In this document: positions 11,631 to 25,930 of the stretch, piece after piece
Layout: every line of letters begins with the position of its first letter
Numbering within the stretch: the stretch's first letter is position 1
Assembly (NCBI RefSeq): GCF_030028105.1
Contig: NC_092383.1
Coordinates: forward strand, 97,549,604-97,613,603
Length of the DNA stretch: 64,000 bases
DNA from: Mobula birostris
Taxonomy: Eukaryota
Reading direction: 5' to 3'
The notes under the pieces: generated by a model
Told to the model about the DNA's origin: nothing
Seen by the model: the letters and a program-made list of their open reading frames with translations, nothing else
Databases searched by the model: none
Position numbers and translations under genes: made by a program

Positions 11631-14536
11631 ATGCTGAAACATATCAGAGATGTATTGAAACCAAAACTAAATATGATCTTTTTTTAACGTATCCAGTTGA
11701 AAGCCAGCTTTTAAAAGATAGAAGTCAATTTTATATTCATGGAGATAAAAGTGGCAAGCTACTGGCTAATCAATTGAAGCCATTTATAGCCAAGCAGCAA
11801 ATTAAAGAAATACGAAAAAACCAATGGGGATATGACAACTGATCACTTTGAAATTAATGATGCTTTTAGGGAATTTTATTACTAATTGTATAGTTCTGAC
11901 TCTGTTAATGATAGTACTGCAATGAATAATTTTTTAGATCAATTAAATATTCGCAGTTTTTCGATAGATGATCGTAGCCAATGGATCAACCCATTTCCCA
12001 GGAGAAAATTGCTCAGGCTATTCGAGAATTGCATTCTGGGAAATCCCCAGGACCCGATGGATTCTCCGGAGAGTTTTATAAGGCTTTTTCCTCCTTGCTT
12101 ATACCACACTTATGTTCTACCCTTACAGATTCCTTCAAGGTAGGAAGATTACCGAAGTCTTTTTACGAAGCTTCCGTTTGGCTTATTCTCAAAAAGAATA
12201 AGAATCCTACTGAATGCTCTTCGTATAGACCTATTTCTTTACTCAATTTTGATACTAAAATTTTATCTGAAGTGTTGGCTCACAGACTTGAAAATATTAT
12301 ATCTTCTATAGTTTCGGATGATCAGGCAGGTTTTATTAAAAATCGATATTCCCATTTCAATTTACGGTGTTTGTTAAATGTTATGTATTCTCCATCTAAG
12401 GAAATATCGATGTGTGATACCTTTGGATGCGGAAAAGACCTTTGACAGAGTTGAATGGAATTATCTTTTCACATCCTTAGAAAAATTTAATTTTGGACTT
12501 AATTTTATTCATTGGATTAAACTACTTTATTTATTTTCCTCCGCTTGGGTTCTTACTAATCTTCAAAATTCTAAACCCTTCAAACTCCAGCGTGGAACTA
12601 GACAAGGTTGTCCTTTGAGCCCTCTGCTTTTTGGTATTAGAACCCTTCGCAATTGCTTTTCCAGAGTCTAAAGAAATTACAGGTATTTTAAGGAGAGGTA
12701 CTATTCATAAAGTGTCGCTCTATGCTGATGATTTATTGCTTTTTATATCTAATGTTACAACCTCTTTACCATTTGTGTTCCATTTACTGACTAATTTTAG
12801 TCAGTTCTCAGGATATAAATTAAATTTACATGAGTGAACTGTTTCCTTTAAACAATTTAATACCAACTGATATCAACCTTCCTTTTAAAATTTTAAGAAA
12901 ACAATTTACGTATTTAGGAGTAACAATTACTAAGAATTATGAAGATTTATTTAAGGAAATTTTTTGACTTTAATGAATTACGTTAAAAAAACATTTTCTA
13001 ATTGGTTGCCTTTCTCATTATCACTAATTGGCTGAATTAATTCTAGTAAAATGAATATCTTACCTAAATTTATATACCTTTTTCAAGCTGTGCCTGTTTG
13101 TATTCCTAAATCTTTTTTTGACTCTTTGGATTCAATTCTTTCTTCCTATATATGGAAGAATAAAAAACCTCAAATAAACAAAGCTCACCTTCAAAAAACC
13201 AAACAGAATGGAGGCTTTGCCTTACCCAACTTTAGCTTATATTATTGGCAGTTAATATGCGAAATATTATGTTCTGGATATATTACATTAACGATGAGAA
13301 TTGCCCTATATGAGTTTCTTTGGAAGTCAACTCTGTTATGAAATTTTCCATTATTTCTTTACTTAGATCCTCGCTTCCTTTATCTTTAAATAAACCAACT
13401 GACAATGTGGTGGTCAAACATACTTTGAGGATTTTCTTACAGTTTAGAAAACATTTTGGTTTATTGAGATTCTCCCTCTCGAGTTCCATCTTTTCTGATT
13501 GCTTTTTTAAACCATCTTTAATTGACCTATCTTTTAAAGAATGGGATAGATTGGGTATTAATTGATTTCAGGATTTGTTTGACGGAGGGAATCTCTCTTC
13601 TTTTGTGCAACTTTCAACGAAATTTAAACCTTTCCAATACCCACTTTTTTCGATACTTACAGATTAGTGATTTTTTAAGATCTCAATTACATACATTTCC
13701 TACAAGTCCAGATAAGAATATAATAGATACTATTTTTAATCTGAAACCCTTTGACAACGGTTCAATATCTTACACTTGCGGTTTGCTGTTGGGATTGAAA
13801 AAGGCCTGTAGGTAAAATTAAAGGAGACTAGGATAAGGATTTACAGATTTTCATATCTGAAGAGAGCTGGAAGATTATTTTAAAATTGATTAATTCTTCT
13901 CATTATGTGCTCCTCATTCTTTATTACAATTCAAAGTGGTACATAAAGTTCATGTGTCTCTCGTTTCTATGTGGATATTTCTCCCTACTGTGATAGATGT
14001 ACTAATGGAGTGGCCACACTAATTCATATGTTTTAGACATGTATGAGCCTTGAAAAAATTTGGAAAGATGTATTTCAAACTTTTTCTGTACTTTTCAATG
14101 TTAGTTTTAAGCCCGATCCCTTGTGACTGCCATGTTTGGTATTGTTGAGGGTTACAAAACTGAAGCAATCTAATTTGCGGGTATTGGCCTTTATGTCTGT
14201 TATGGCCAGGAGGGTGATCTTGCTCAAGTGGAAGGAGGCCACCCCGCCCACTCATGTTCAATGGCTATCTGACATTATGTTATGCCTTGATCTAGAGAAG
14301 ATTCTTTGTTTGATTTCTGATTCTAAACATGATTTTCTAATGTTATGGGGACCCTTTCTGAGTTATTTTCATGATCTTTGAACTGTTATTAAAGTATGGA
14401 TATGAGCCATTATTATTGTTATATGGTAAGGTATTTTTTTTTTTCTTCTCTTTTTTTTTTTACCAACCAGCTCATTTTGGTAGACGAGGTAGACTTTTTT
14501 TTTAATAAAATACAATTATTCTATTCTATTTCATTT

Positions 14537-15340
14537 AATGTGAAGTTATCCACTTTGGTGGCAAAAACAGGAAAACAGATTATTATCTGAATGGTGGCCG
14601 ATTAGGAAAAGGGGAGGGGCAACGAGACCTGGGTGTCATTATACACCAGTCATTGAAAGTGGGCATGCAGGTACAGCAGGCAGTGAAAAAGGCGAATGGT
14701 ATGCTGGCATTTATAGCAAGAGGATTTGAGTACAAGAGCAGGGAGGTACTACTGCAGTTGTACAAGGCCTTGGTGAGACCACACCTGGAGTATTGTGTGC
14801 AGTTTTGGTCCCCTAATCTGAGGAAAGACATCCTTACCATAGAGGGAGTACAAAGAAGGTTCACCAGATTGATTCCTGGGATGGCAGGACTTTCATATGA
14901 TGAAAGACTGGATGAACTAGGCTTATACTCGTTGGAATTTAGAAGATTGAGGGGAGATCTGATTGAAACGTATAAAATCCTAAAGGGATTGGATAAGCTA
15001 GATGCAGGAAGATTGTTCCCGATGTTGGGGAAGTCCAGAACGAGGGGTCACAGTTTGAGGATAAAGGGGAAGCCTTTTAGGACCGAGATTAGGAAAAACT
15101 TCTTCACACAGAGAGTGGTGAATCTGTGGAATTCTCTGCCACAGGAAACAGTTGAGGCCAGTTCATTGGCCATATTTAAGAGGAAGTTAGATATGGCCCT
15201 TGTGGTTAAAAGGATCAGGGGGTATGGAGGGAAGGCTGGTTCAGGGTTCTGAGTTGGATGATCAGCCATGATCATACTGAATGGCGGTGCAGGCTCGAAG
15301 GGCCGAATGGCCTACTCCTGCACCTATTTTCTATGTTTCT
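14537..15340 (+). mobile_element. Young 5'-truncated CR1 LINE inserted in the L1 3' UTR
   Basis: Uninterrupted ORF 14653-15252 (LQLYKALVRPHLEYCVQFWSP...RRLRGDLIETYKI); (ttctatgt) tail. Confidence 0.92.
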
Positions 15341-15719
15341 ATAATTCAATTTTTTTTTTACATGATTGACTTGGAATATGGGATACTGTGATTTAAATGT
15401 AATGTAATTTGTATTACTTGTATCCTTATGAATTTTGTATTTGTATTCATGCAATTTATATAATATTAATAAAAATATTGAAAGAGGAACCGATCCCACA
15501 CAATGTGAGCCGTTCCTTGGAGGTACCCTCTTCACCATTCTGTGGTGTGTGGAAGCAGTTCTTATATGGCCTGCTCCTGCACTCTACGCTTCCTTATCCT
15601 TGTCTGCCAATGATATGTGCCCCAGTGATCTGTTGTGCCATCTGGCAGGAGGGGAGATTCCCAGTGAAGTTCTCTGTGCAGGGACCTAGGGTGGAGTCTG
15701 TTGATCAGAGCGATCAGAA

Positions 15720-16950
15720 TCAAATTCAGGGTTACTCATTTGACAAGGTCTCACAATGGAGGCTGGTCAAGAAGTTGGTTCAGTCGTTTGGCATTCAAGC
15801 TGAGGTAGTAAATTGTTTAAGACATTGGCTTTGTGGGAGAAGCCAGAGTGTGGTAGTAGATGGTTGCCTCTCTGACTGGAGACTTGTAACTTGTGGAGTG
15901 CCACAGGGATCGGTGCTAGGCCCTTTGTTGTTTGTCACCTGTATCAACAATCTGAACGATAAAGTGGTTAGATAGATACTTTATCGAACCCAAAGGAAAT
16001 TGCAGTAGCATTACAAGTGCACAGATATACAAATATTAGAAGAGAAGTAAGAAAGAATAAAAAATAAGTTACCTCAACAGATTAACAGGAGGGGAATCAT
16101 CACTTCCCCTGCTGTAGATTGATTCATTATTGGGCCTAATGGCCAAGGGTAAGAATGACTTCATATAACATTCTTTGGAGCTGCACAGTTGTCTTAGTCT
16201 ATTACTCTGTTCAGCCAAGGCAGCATGCAGAGGGTGAAAAATATTGTCTAGAATTTCCAGGATTTTCCATAGGGTCCTTTGTTATATTCCAGCCTGTAGG
16301 GTGTCCAGTTAGATTCCAATAACAGAGCCAGTATTTCTAATCAGTTTATTGTGCCTGTTGGCATCACTCCTGTTGATGCCATTGCCCCAGCACATCACTG
16401 CATTGAAGATTGTACTAGTGACCACAGACTGGTAGAACATGTGATGGAGAGGCCTGCTCAGGAAGTAGAGGCGACTCTGGCCCTTCTTGTACATAGCCTC
16501 TGTGTTGGTGCTACACTCAGGTCTGTCATCCAGGGGCACCCCCAGGTACTTGTAAGTCCTCACCATCAATAGTAACAGGGAAGAATGGAGGCTTACTCTT
16601 CCTAAAGTCCATCGCCATGTCCTTTGTTTTACTGATGTTGAGCTGCAGATGATTCAGTTTGCACCGTTTGACAAAGTCCTCCATCAGGGCCTTCTATTCA
16701 TCCTCCCATCCTTCCTTTATACACCCAACTATTGCTGAGTCATCAGAGAATTTCTGCAGAAGACATGACTCAGTGTTGTATCTAAACTGGATCAGCAAAT
16801 TTATGGATGACATCAAGATTGGATGTGTATGGACAGCGAGGAAGGCTATCGTGGTTTGCAGTGGGATTTGGACCAGCTGGAAAACTGGGCTGAAAAATGG
16901 CAGATGGAATTTAATGCAGATAAGTGTGAGGTGTTGTGTAATGAACTGGA
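15720..16950. mobile_element. Mixed CR1 RT fragments (+) and a Rex1-type fragment (-, ~16270-16790)
   Basis: [16 protein letters not shown]; SKFMDDIKIG; YKYLGVPLDDRPECSTNTEAMYKKGQSRLYFL. Confidence 0.65.
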
Positions 16951-16954
16951 ATTG

Positions 16955-19860
16955 AAAGGAGAGTTTAAGGTAAAAGAGCCCTTTGGAGCAAGTGATTGAA
17001 TTCACCCTGAACCTTGAGAAGGAGAAACTAAAGTCAGATATATCAGTTTTACAGTGGAGTAAATTGATTTACAGAGGCATGAGAGAGGAGTTGTCCAGAA
17101 TTGATTGGAAAAGAACACTGGCAGAGCGGCAATAGCTGGAATTTCTGGAGCAACTCAGAAGACACAGGACGTATACATCCCAAAGAGGAATAAGTATTCT
17201 AAAGGCAAGATGATACAATTGTGGTTAACAAGGGAAGTCAAAGCCAACATAAAAGCCAAAGAGAAGGCATATAATAGAGCAAAGATTAGTAGGAAGTTGG
17301 AGGATTGGGAAGCTTTTAAAAACCCAACAGAAGACAACTAAAAATGTCATTAAGAAGGTAAAGATGAAATAGAAAAATAAGCTAGGTAATAATATTAGAG
17401 AGGATACCAAAAGTTTCTTCAGATTCATAAAGTGTGAAAGAGAAGTGAGAGTGGATATCGGACTGCTGGTAAACTGCTGGAGAGGTAGTAATGGTGGACA
17501 AGGAAATAATGGACAAACTGAATAAGTATTTTGCATCTGTTTTCACTGTGAAAGACACTAGCAGTATGGTGGAAGTTCCAGGTGTCAGAGATCATGAATT
17601 GGGTAAAGTTACTATTACTAGAGAGAAGGTTCTTGGGAAACTGTAGATAAGTCAACTGAACCAGATGGTGTACACTCCAGTGATCTGAAAGTGGTGACTG
17701 AAGAATTGTGGAGGCATTAATTCTGAGCTTTCAAGAATCACTGGATTCTGGAATGGTTCCAGAGGACTGAAAAATTGCAAATGTAACTCCACTCTTCAAG
17801 AAGGGAGAGAGGCAGAGGAAGTGAAATTATGGGCACATGATAAGGTAGGCCATAGCATTGTTTCCTCAGGGGAAAATCTTGCCTGACAGACCTGTTGGAA
17901 TTCTTTGAAGAAGTAACAAGCAGGATAGATAAAGGAGAATGTTGTATACTTGGATTTTCAGAAAGCCTTTGACAAGGTGCCACATATGAGGCTGCTTAAC
18001 AAGCTATGAGCCCATGGTAATACAGAAAAGATTCTACCATGCAGTGGCTGATTGACAGTAGGCAAGGAGTAAGAATAAGGGGAACCTTTTCTTTTTAGCT
18101 GTCAGTGACTAGTGTTCCATGGGGTTGGGACAGATTCTTTTTTGATTATATGTCAGTGATTTGGATGATGGAAGTGATGGCTTTTTTTGCAAAGTTTGCA
18201 GACGATATGAAAATAGGTGGAGGTGCGGGTAGCTGTAATGAAGTAGAGTGGCTGCAGAAGGACTAAGATTAGGAGAATGGGCTAAGAAATGGCAGATAGA
18301 ATAGTGTCGGGAAGTGTATGGTCATGTACTTTGGTAGAAGAAATGAAAGGGATGACTTTTCTAAATGGAGAGAAAATACAGAATAGTGAGGTGCAAAGGG
18401 ACTTGGAAATCCTTGTGCATTAATTTGCAGGTTTGGACTGTGGTGAGGAAGGCAAATGTGATGTTAGCATTCATTTCAAGGGGACTAGAATATACAAGCA
18501 AGGATGTAATGTTGAGACTTCATTAAAGCACTGGTGAGGCCTCACCTGGAGTATTGGGAGCAGTTCTGGGCCCTTTATCTTAGAAAGGATGTGCTGATAC
18601 TGGAGAGGGTTTACAAGTGGTTTATGAAAATGATTCTGGTATTGGACTGTTTGTCATATGAAGAGCATTTGGTGGCTCTGGGCCTGTATTCACTGGAATT
18701 TAGAAGAATGAGGGGTGACCTCATTGAAACCTATCAAATGGTGAAAGGCCTTGATAGAGTGAACATGGAGAGAATGTTTCCTATGATGGGAGAGTCCAAG
18801 ACCAGAGGATTCAGCCACAGAATAGAGAGGCATCCTTTTATAATTAGATTAGATTAGATTCAACTTTATTGTCATTGTGCCGAGTACAGATATGCATTGA
18901 AATGCATTTAGCATCTGACCAGAAATGCAAAGAATAGTGTTGTTTACAAAATAACTGCGAATAAAAGAAGTGCTACAGCACACAAATATAAAAGTACTGA
19001 GACAGTACAATATGGATGCAATACTGCTTAGCACTGTGATGAGAGGTTCAGCAGTGTCACAGCCTCAGGAAAGAAGCTCTTCCTGTGCCTGCTGGTACGG
19101 GAGCGGAGGCTCCTGTAGCGCCTACCAGATGGGAGGAGAGTAAAAAGTCCATGGTTAGGATGAGATGCATCCCTGATAATGTTTTTCGCCCTGCGCAGGC
19201 AGCATTTATGGTACATGTTCTCAACGGTGGGCAGTTGGGTGGTGATAATCCACTGCGCAGTTTTCACCACACGCTGGAGTGCTTTGCGGTCGGATATGGG
19301 ACAATTGCCATACCACACTGAGATGCATTTGGTGAGTATGCTCTCAATGGTACAGCGGTAAAAGTCTGTCAGTATCCTGGGAAAGAGGTGAGCTTTCTTC
19401 ATGCTCAGCAGGAAATAAAGGCGCTGTTGCGCCTTTTTGATCAGGATTGAGGAGTTCAGGGACCAGGTGAGATCCTCGGAAATGTGGACACCAAGGAATT
19501 TGAAGCTTGATACACACCGTTGATGTAGATGGGGATGTGAGTGTGACTCCTGGCATGCCTGAAGTACACAATTATCTCCTTGGTCTTCTGGGTGTTAAGG
19601 GCCAGATTGTTGTCGGAGATGAGGAGGAATTTCTTTAGCCGGAGAGTAGTGAATCTGTAGAATTCTTTGCCACGGGCAGCTGTGGAGGCCAAGTCTTATG
19701 TATATTTGAGACAGAGGTTGATAGATACTTGATTAGTCAGGCCGTGAAGGGATATGGGGAGAAGGCAGGAGATTGGGGCTGAGAGGAAAATTGGATCAGC
19801 CATGACGAAATGCCAGAGAAGATTTTGTTAGGCCAAATGCCTAAATTCTACTCCTATGCC
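16955..19860 (+). mobile_element. Decayed CR1 LINE (RT region), split by a Rex1/L2 insertion
   Basis: DFQKAFDKVPH-like segment near 17955; RPHLEYWEQFWALYLRKD (ORF 18534); CR1 sequence resumes at 19615 (gagatgaggaggaatttc). Confidence 0.8.
18842..19614 (-). mobile_element. Rex1/Babar-type LINE 3' end with (taatc)n tail
   Basis: ORF 19028-19402 (FYRCTIESILTKCISVWYGN...LPSGRRYRSLRSRTSRHRKSFFPEAVTLLN); gattagattagatt at 18849-18862. Confidence 0.85.
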
Positions 19861-19889
19861 TTATGGTGTTATTGCATTGCACTTTCGGA

Positions 19890-20640
19890 GGACCAACCAG
19901 AGTAGGTCTACACAGTGAATGGTAGGGCACTGAGGAGTGTGGTAGAACAAAGGGATCTGGGAATACAGGTCCATAATTCATTGAGAGTGGCGGCACAGTT
20001 AGATAGGGTTGTAAAGAAATCTTCTGGCACATTGGCCTTCATAAATCAAAGGATTGAGTGCAGGAGATGAGATGTTATGCTGAAGTTGTAAAAGACATTG
20101 GTGAGGTTAAGTGGAGTATTGTGTGTAGCTTTGGTCACCCTCCTACAGCAAAGATGTAAATAAGGTTGAAAGACTACAGAGAAAATTTACAAGGATGTTG
20201 CTCGTACTGGAGGACCTGAGTTATAAGGAAAGATTGCATAGGTTAAGGCTTTACTCCTTGGAATGTAGAAGATTAAGAAGGGACTTGATAAAGGTATACA
20301 AAATTATGAAGGGTGTAGAGAGGGTAAATGTAAGCAGTCTTTTTCCACTGAGTTTGGGAGGGACTACAACCAGAAGTCATGGGTTCAGGGTAAAAATTGA
20401 AAAGTTTAAGAGGAACATGAGGGGAAACTTCTTCATTCAGAGGGTTTTAGAGAGTGGAACGGGCTGCTAGCACAAGTGGCGAATACAAGCTCATTTTCAA
20501 CATTTAAGAGATAGCTACATGGATGGTGGGGGTATTGAGGGCTAGGGTCCTAGTGCAGGCTGATGGGAGTAAGCAGTTTAAATGTTTTGGCACAGGCTAG
20601 GCAGGTGAAGAACCTGTTTCTGTTTCGTGCTTTTCTACAG
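19890..20640 (+). mobile_element. CR1 LINE 3' fragment
   Basis: LSYKERLHRLRLYSLECRRLRRDLIKVYKIMKG. Confidence 0.8.
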
Positions 20641-20989
20641 CTATGGTTCATTCATTATGTGCTGTCTCATATCATGGGCATGGCGCTCATGGTCAAAGAA
20701 CATGATTTTTCTCGGTAAATTTTTCTACTGAAGCGGTTTGTCATTGCTGTCTGCTGTGCAGTGTCTTCACAAGTTGGGTGAACCCAGCTATTGTCAATAC
20801 TCATCAGAGATTGTATGCCTGGAGTCAGTGGTCACAAAAGTACGACTTGTGATATACAGCAGCTGCTCATACAACCATCCGCCACCAATTAGGTTTATTA
20901 TCATTGACAAATGTTGTGAAATCTATTGTTTAGTGGTAGCGGTATTGTGCAAGGCGTGTACTGCTGCCATGATACAACAATTTTTTTAG

Positions 20990-21600
20990 ATTATGAAGAC
21001 ATGCAGTCCTCTTTTATTGTCATTTAGTAATGCATGCATTAAGCAATGATACAATATTTCCTCTGGTGTGATATCACAAAACACAGTACAGACCAAGACT
21101 GAAAAAACTTAACAAAACCACGTAATTGTAGCATATAGTTACAACAGTGCAACAATACCATAACTTGATGAAGAACAGTCCATGAGCACAGTAAAGTTCA
21201 AAGTCTCTCAAATGTCCCACATCTCACGCAGATGGGAGAAGGAAGAAAAACTCTCCCTGCCATGCCCGACCACAGTCCAACTCTGAGTCGCCCAAAAACT
21301 TCGAGCCTCTGATCAGTTGTCTGACACCGAGTACCGAGCACCATCTCTATCCGAGCAATTCGACCTCAATCTCGGTCACCAACAGCAGGCAAAGCCGGGG
21401 ATTTTGAGGCCTTCCCTCTGGAAGTTTCACGATCGCGCAGTAACGACAGCAGCAAACGGGCGTTTCAGAAATTTCTCCAGATGTTCCTCTGTGCTTTCAC
21501 GTCTGTCTCCATCAAATCAGAATTGTCCACGGCCCCTATTTAACGGGTACGATATCATTTTCACCGGAGGGCTGCGCACGCGTGGCCTCCTGCCAACTAC
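20990..21600 (-). mobile_element. ~650-bp non-autonomous retroelement (copy 2)
   Basis: Homology to 10945-11630. Confidence 0.7.
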
Positions 21601-22654
21601 GCTAAATTACAAATAGTAAACTGTGCCAAAGAGGAATAGTAAGGTATTGTTACTGGGTTCATGAATGCTGCAGAAATCTGATGGTGGAAAGGAAGAAACT
21701 GTTCCTGAAACAAAGATTGGGTGTGTTCAGGTAGTAACACAAAGGGATCGTGTTCCAGATGGTGAGGGTCCTTAATGATGGTTCCCACTGTCTGTTCTCA
21801 ATGATGGGGAAGGTTGTGTCCATAATGGAGCTGTTGTGTCTACAGTCCTCTGCAGATTCTTTTGATCCTGCACAATTGACCTTCTATACCAGAGGATGAT
21901 GTAACCAGGCAGAATGTTTTCCGCTGGTCCTCTGTAGAACTCTGCAGTTGATGTTGTGACTCATCAGCTGTGGGTTGTCTTTGCAACTTTCAAGTGTCCA
22001 TGCTTCGTACCGATGTGGAGAGCGAGAGGCTACAGCCCCATTTGTTTATTTACTGGGGCTGCTCCTCAAGGTCCAGTCACAGTTCAGCCTCAATTCCAGA
22101 TATTTGGGCACAGAGTGTGAAGGGAGGCTAGTCATTTGAGGTATCTCCTCATTGGTTTGCTCCTGGCGTGAATTCAAGGTCTTGGAAGTCGGCAGTCTAG
22201 GGTTCTGTCCAAGAAGAATGTCTGCCCTGCTTCACTCACCCCTGCTTCACTCCCACAATCAATGGACTCACTTTCAAGGATTTTTCATTGCACATTCTTG
22301 ATATTTATTGTTTATTATTATTGTTATTATTAATTTATTTTTGTATTTGCATGGCTTGGTGACTTGGTTGAATGTCCAAGTTGGTGCTGCCTTTCATAGA
22401 TTCTATTATGGATTTGTTGAGTATGCCTGCAAGATAGTATATGGTGACATATATGTACTTTGATAACAAATTTACTTTGAACTTAATGCATTAAACTTCG
22501 TAAACCTACTTTATCTCCTATATTTTGAACTGCGCTCGGAAACTGTAGAATTTAATACCTAAAAACAATAAGGGATGCAGACTCAGTTGACACTTTTAAA
22601 TGCCAGCTCAAAACCTAGTTATTGAACCTTGCTTTCAACTAACATCTTCTTGTA

Positions 22655-23065
22655 CACGCTGGAATTAAGGAGATTGAGGGGGGATCTGATTGAGATATAT
22701 AAGATTATGAAGGGATTGGACAAGATAGAGGCAGGAAATATGATCCAGATGCTGGGAGAGTCCAGTACCAGAGGGCATGGTTTAAGAATAAGGGATAGGT
22801 CATTTAGGACAGAGCTGAGGAGGAACTACTTCTCCCAGAGAGTTGTGGAGGTGTGGAACGCGCTGCCTCAGAAGGCAGTGGAGGCCAATTCTCTGGATGC
22901 TTTCAAGAAGGAGCTAGATAGGTATCTTATGGCTAGGGGAATCAAGGGTTATGGGGACAAGGCAGGAACCAGGTATTGATAGTAGATGATCAGCCATGAT
23001 CTCAGAATAGCGGTGCAGGCTCAGAAGGCCAAATGGTCTACTTCTGCACCTATTGTCTATTGTTT
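22655..23065 (+). mobile_element. CR1 LINE 3' end
   Basis: ORF 22629-22979 (YTLELRRLRGDLIEIYKIMKGLDK); (ctattgt) tail. Confidence 0.88.
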
Positions 23066-25249
23066 TTTATCTTCATGGTTAATTTACTTAGTTATTTTTA
23101 ATTTTAATTTTATGTTATATTCATGTTCACAGTTTATCCCATTGTAGAGCACTTTGAACAATGTTGTCTGTGTGAAAGTGCTCCTTAGATAAGTAATTAT
23201 TATTTTTGCTAATAAAGATAGCACAGGGAGACCCAGAATGAAACTCCTTCACTCGCTTACATAGGCCGATTGTGGAGGTGGTCCTTTCTGCTTATACTGA
23301 CGACAGACTCCATGTGATCTGAGACTCCTTTGATAGAGGTTGAATGCACAAGTGCCCGGAGGCCTTTTCAGCCATCTCCTTTATCTGGGGGTCTTCCTGA
23401 ATCCAGCTGAGGCAGCCCAACCAGCAAATTGCCAGGAGATAGAAGTCACCACTCAGTGTGGGTGCTGGATGGACTGCTATGAGTGCTTTCTCACGGGCCA
23501 AACACTGGCGATATGAGTCGTGGAGCTTTACTGCATGGAAACAGCCCAACATGTCCATTGTAATTCTGCTTCCTCCCTGAGTTCATTGTATTTGGCCCAA
23601 ATCCCTCTGAACCCTTGCTATCCGTGTACCTGTCCAAATGGTTTTTAAATGTTGTAACTGTACCCACCTTTTCCGCTTTCTCTGACAGTTCATTCCATGT
23701 ATCCGTCACTCATGGTTTGAAAAACCTGCCTCTGAATAATCCTCCTTTCACCTTAAACCTCTGCCCTCTAGATTTTTACTCCCCTACCCTGGGGAAAAGT
23801 ATGTGATTATTCATCCTGTGTTCCTCAAGATTTTTCCATACCATTTCAAAGTAGAATTAGGACATTAATGTCATGGCGGAATTTGGTTTCCTCTGTCTCC
23901 CGTGATCACTGTAATGTTGCCTTATGTCCTGGTGTATTATACACCACATCCAGACTACTACTCAGAGGCTTGTGCACAACTTCCGTCGGTTTTTACCTTT
24001 GTAGTTCCTCAACTCTAACCACAAGGATTCTACATCCTCCAATCCTATATTGTTTCTTACGATTGCTTTAAATTCAATTTCAACTAACAGGTCCACCCCC
24101 CCCCCCCCCCCCGCCACCTATATGCCTGGCTTTTCAATGAGATGCATATCCTGAGATGTTCTGCTCCCACCTCTGATCCTCTCTCAGTCATGTTACTGTG
24201 ATGTTCATGACATTGTACCCACCAGCTTTGATCTGCACTGTAAACTAATTGATCTTGTGTGCGTTCAAATACACGTACAGTATATCTATAATGTCAACCT
24301 TCAGACTCCTCTCCTCCAGCAGGGTAAAAAAAAAGACAGGTTGTTTTGTCTTTCATTATAACTCGAGCACTCCGGCCCTGGTAACATCCTAGGATGTTAT
24401 ACGGTATATAGCATCCAGAAGATCTTAATGAGCAATGCCTCAAAAAGTTGGTGTCCATTTTGAAATGTCCCCATTACCCAGGACATGCCCTGTTCTCATT
24501 GTTACCATGAGGAAGGAGGTACAGAAGCCTAAAGGCACACCTTCAACCATTCAGGAACAGCTACTTCCCCTCAGCAGTCAGATTTCTGAATAGACATTGA
24601 ATCCATGAACACTACCTGACTATTTGTTTTTTTGCACTACTTATTTAGCTTAATCCTTGTGGTATATATATATAAAAATATATATATATAGTGTGTGTGT
24701 ATATATTTCAGTTTTTTTCTCTCTATTAACATGTATCGCAATGTCCTGCTGCCTCAGAGTTAACTAATTTCACGACATATTCTGGTGATATTAAACCCAA
24801 TTCTGATTCCGATCTGATAGTACATACCCTGTAGTTTGTGAGGGAGAAGATAAAATCAGTTGTTTAATTTTCAGGTTGATTTGCTGGTAAGGATGACAAA
24901 TGCAATGTTTGCAATCATTTTGTGAGAACCAGAATATAAAATCAAGAATGTAAAGCTGAGGCTTTAGAAGTCACTGGTCAGACCACACTTGCTGTACTGT
25001 GAGGGGTTTTGGTCCCCTGATCAAATAAAAGATGTGCTGGCATTGGAGAGGGTCCAGAGGAAGTTCGTGAGAATTATCTCAGGAATGAAAGTTCTTCCAG
25101 GGTTGTATCTCTCATCACTATAGGTCTATTGCTGGTGCAGTTTATCCTCATCTCTTCCATTTTATCTACGTTTGGTCTTAGACCCAGCATGGTGGAATTA
25201 GTGGTCAAGAGTGCTGATCTCTCTTATATCTGTTGGTTAGAGTAAGACA

Positions 25250-25930
25250 GTAGGGTGATGTTATCTGCAAACTCAGTCATCAAGTTGCCACATAGTGCAC
25301 TGGATTCCATTTTATTTTTCACCTGTTGTCTGTTTCATAATCCTGCTTATTGCCAACAGGAACAGGAAAGGACCCAAACATTCCAGCTTCACCCCAGTGT
25401 TGACATTGAAGCTTTCTGCCAGTTTTCCCACATGTATGACTTTGCATGACATGTTGTAGGAGTTCCTAAAGATATTGACAAATTTCTGCAGTATTCCATA
25501 GTGTTTCATCAGTTTCCATGTTAAGTATTGAAGGTTTTGTCAAAGTTGATGTCAAGAGAAGTATTCCATTCGATTGGCTGTTCTATCATTATTCTTAAGG
25601 TAGCTGTCTGGTCTGTGTAGGAGTGATTTTTCCTAAAGCCTGCTTGCTGGTCCCTTAATATTGTGTCAACAGTTTGTTGAAGGTGTTGCAGAATAATTCT
25701 GTTTAGTACCTTTCTGACCACAGATATTAAGGATATACCTCTGTAGTTTTCATTTTCTCATACCTCACCTTTCTTTGGACGCTTGATGATATTAACATGT
25801 AGAGGAGAGAAGTTGAGGCCAAGATTAGATGATGTGGACACTGTTGGTCCATCCTCGAGAAACTGCTTCAGAAAGAAGGATGATGGAGATGGTGGGTGTG
25901 GGTCATCAATGGCCTCTGCTCTACCTGGAG
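25250..25930 (-). mobile_element. RTE-clade LINE RT fragment
   Basis: KVLNRIILQHLQQTVDTILRDQQAGFRKNHSYTDQTATLRIMIEQPIEWN; HYGILQKFVNIFRNSY. Confidence 0.7.

Larger units (their letters stand above)
10771..15482 (+). mobile_element. L1/Tx1-clade LINE, ORF2 remnants and 3' UTR, interrupted by two later insertions
   Basis: IIWDTFKAYIQGQIISY; KSPGPDGFSGEFYKAF; YRPISLLN; DAEKTFDRVEW; RGTRQGCPLSPLLF; SLYADDLLL. The 3' UTR resumes at ~15340 and matches 60125-60300 in reverse. Confidence 0.9.
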
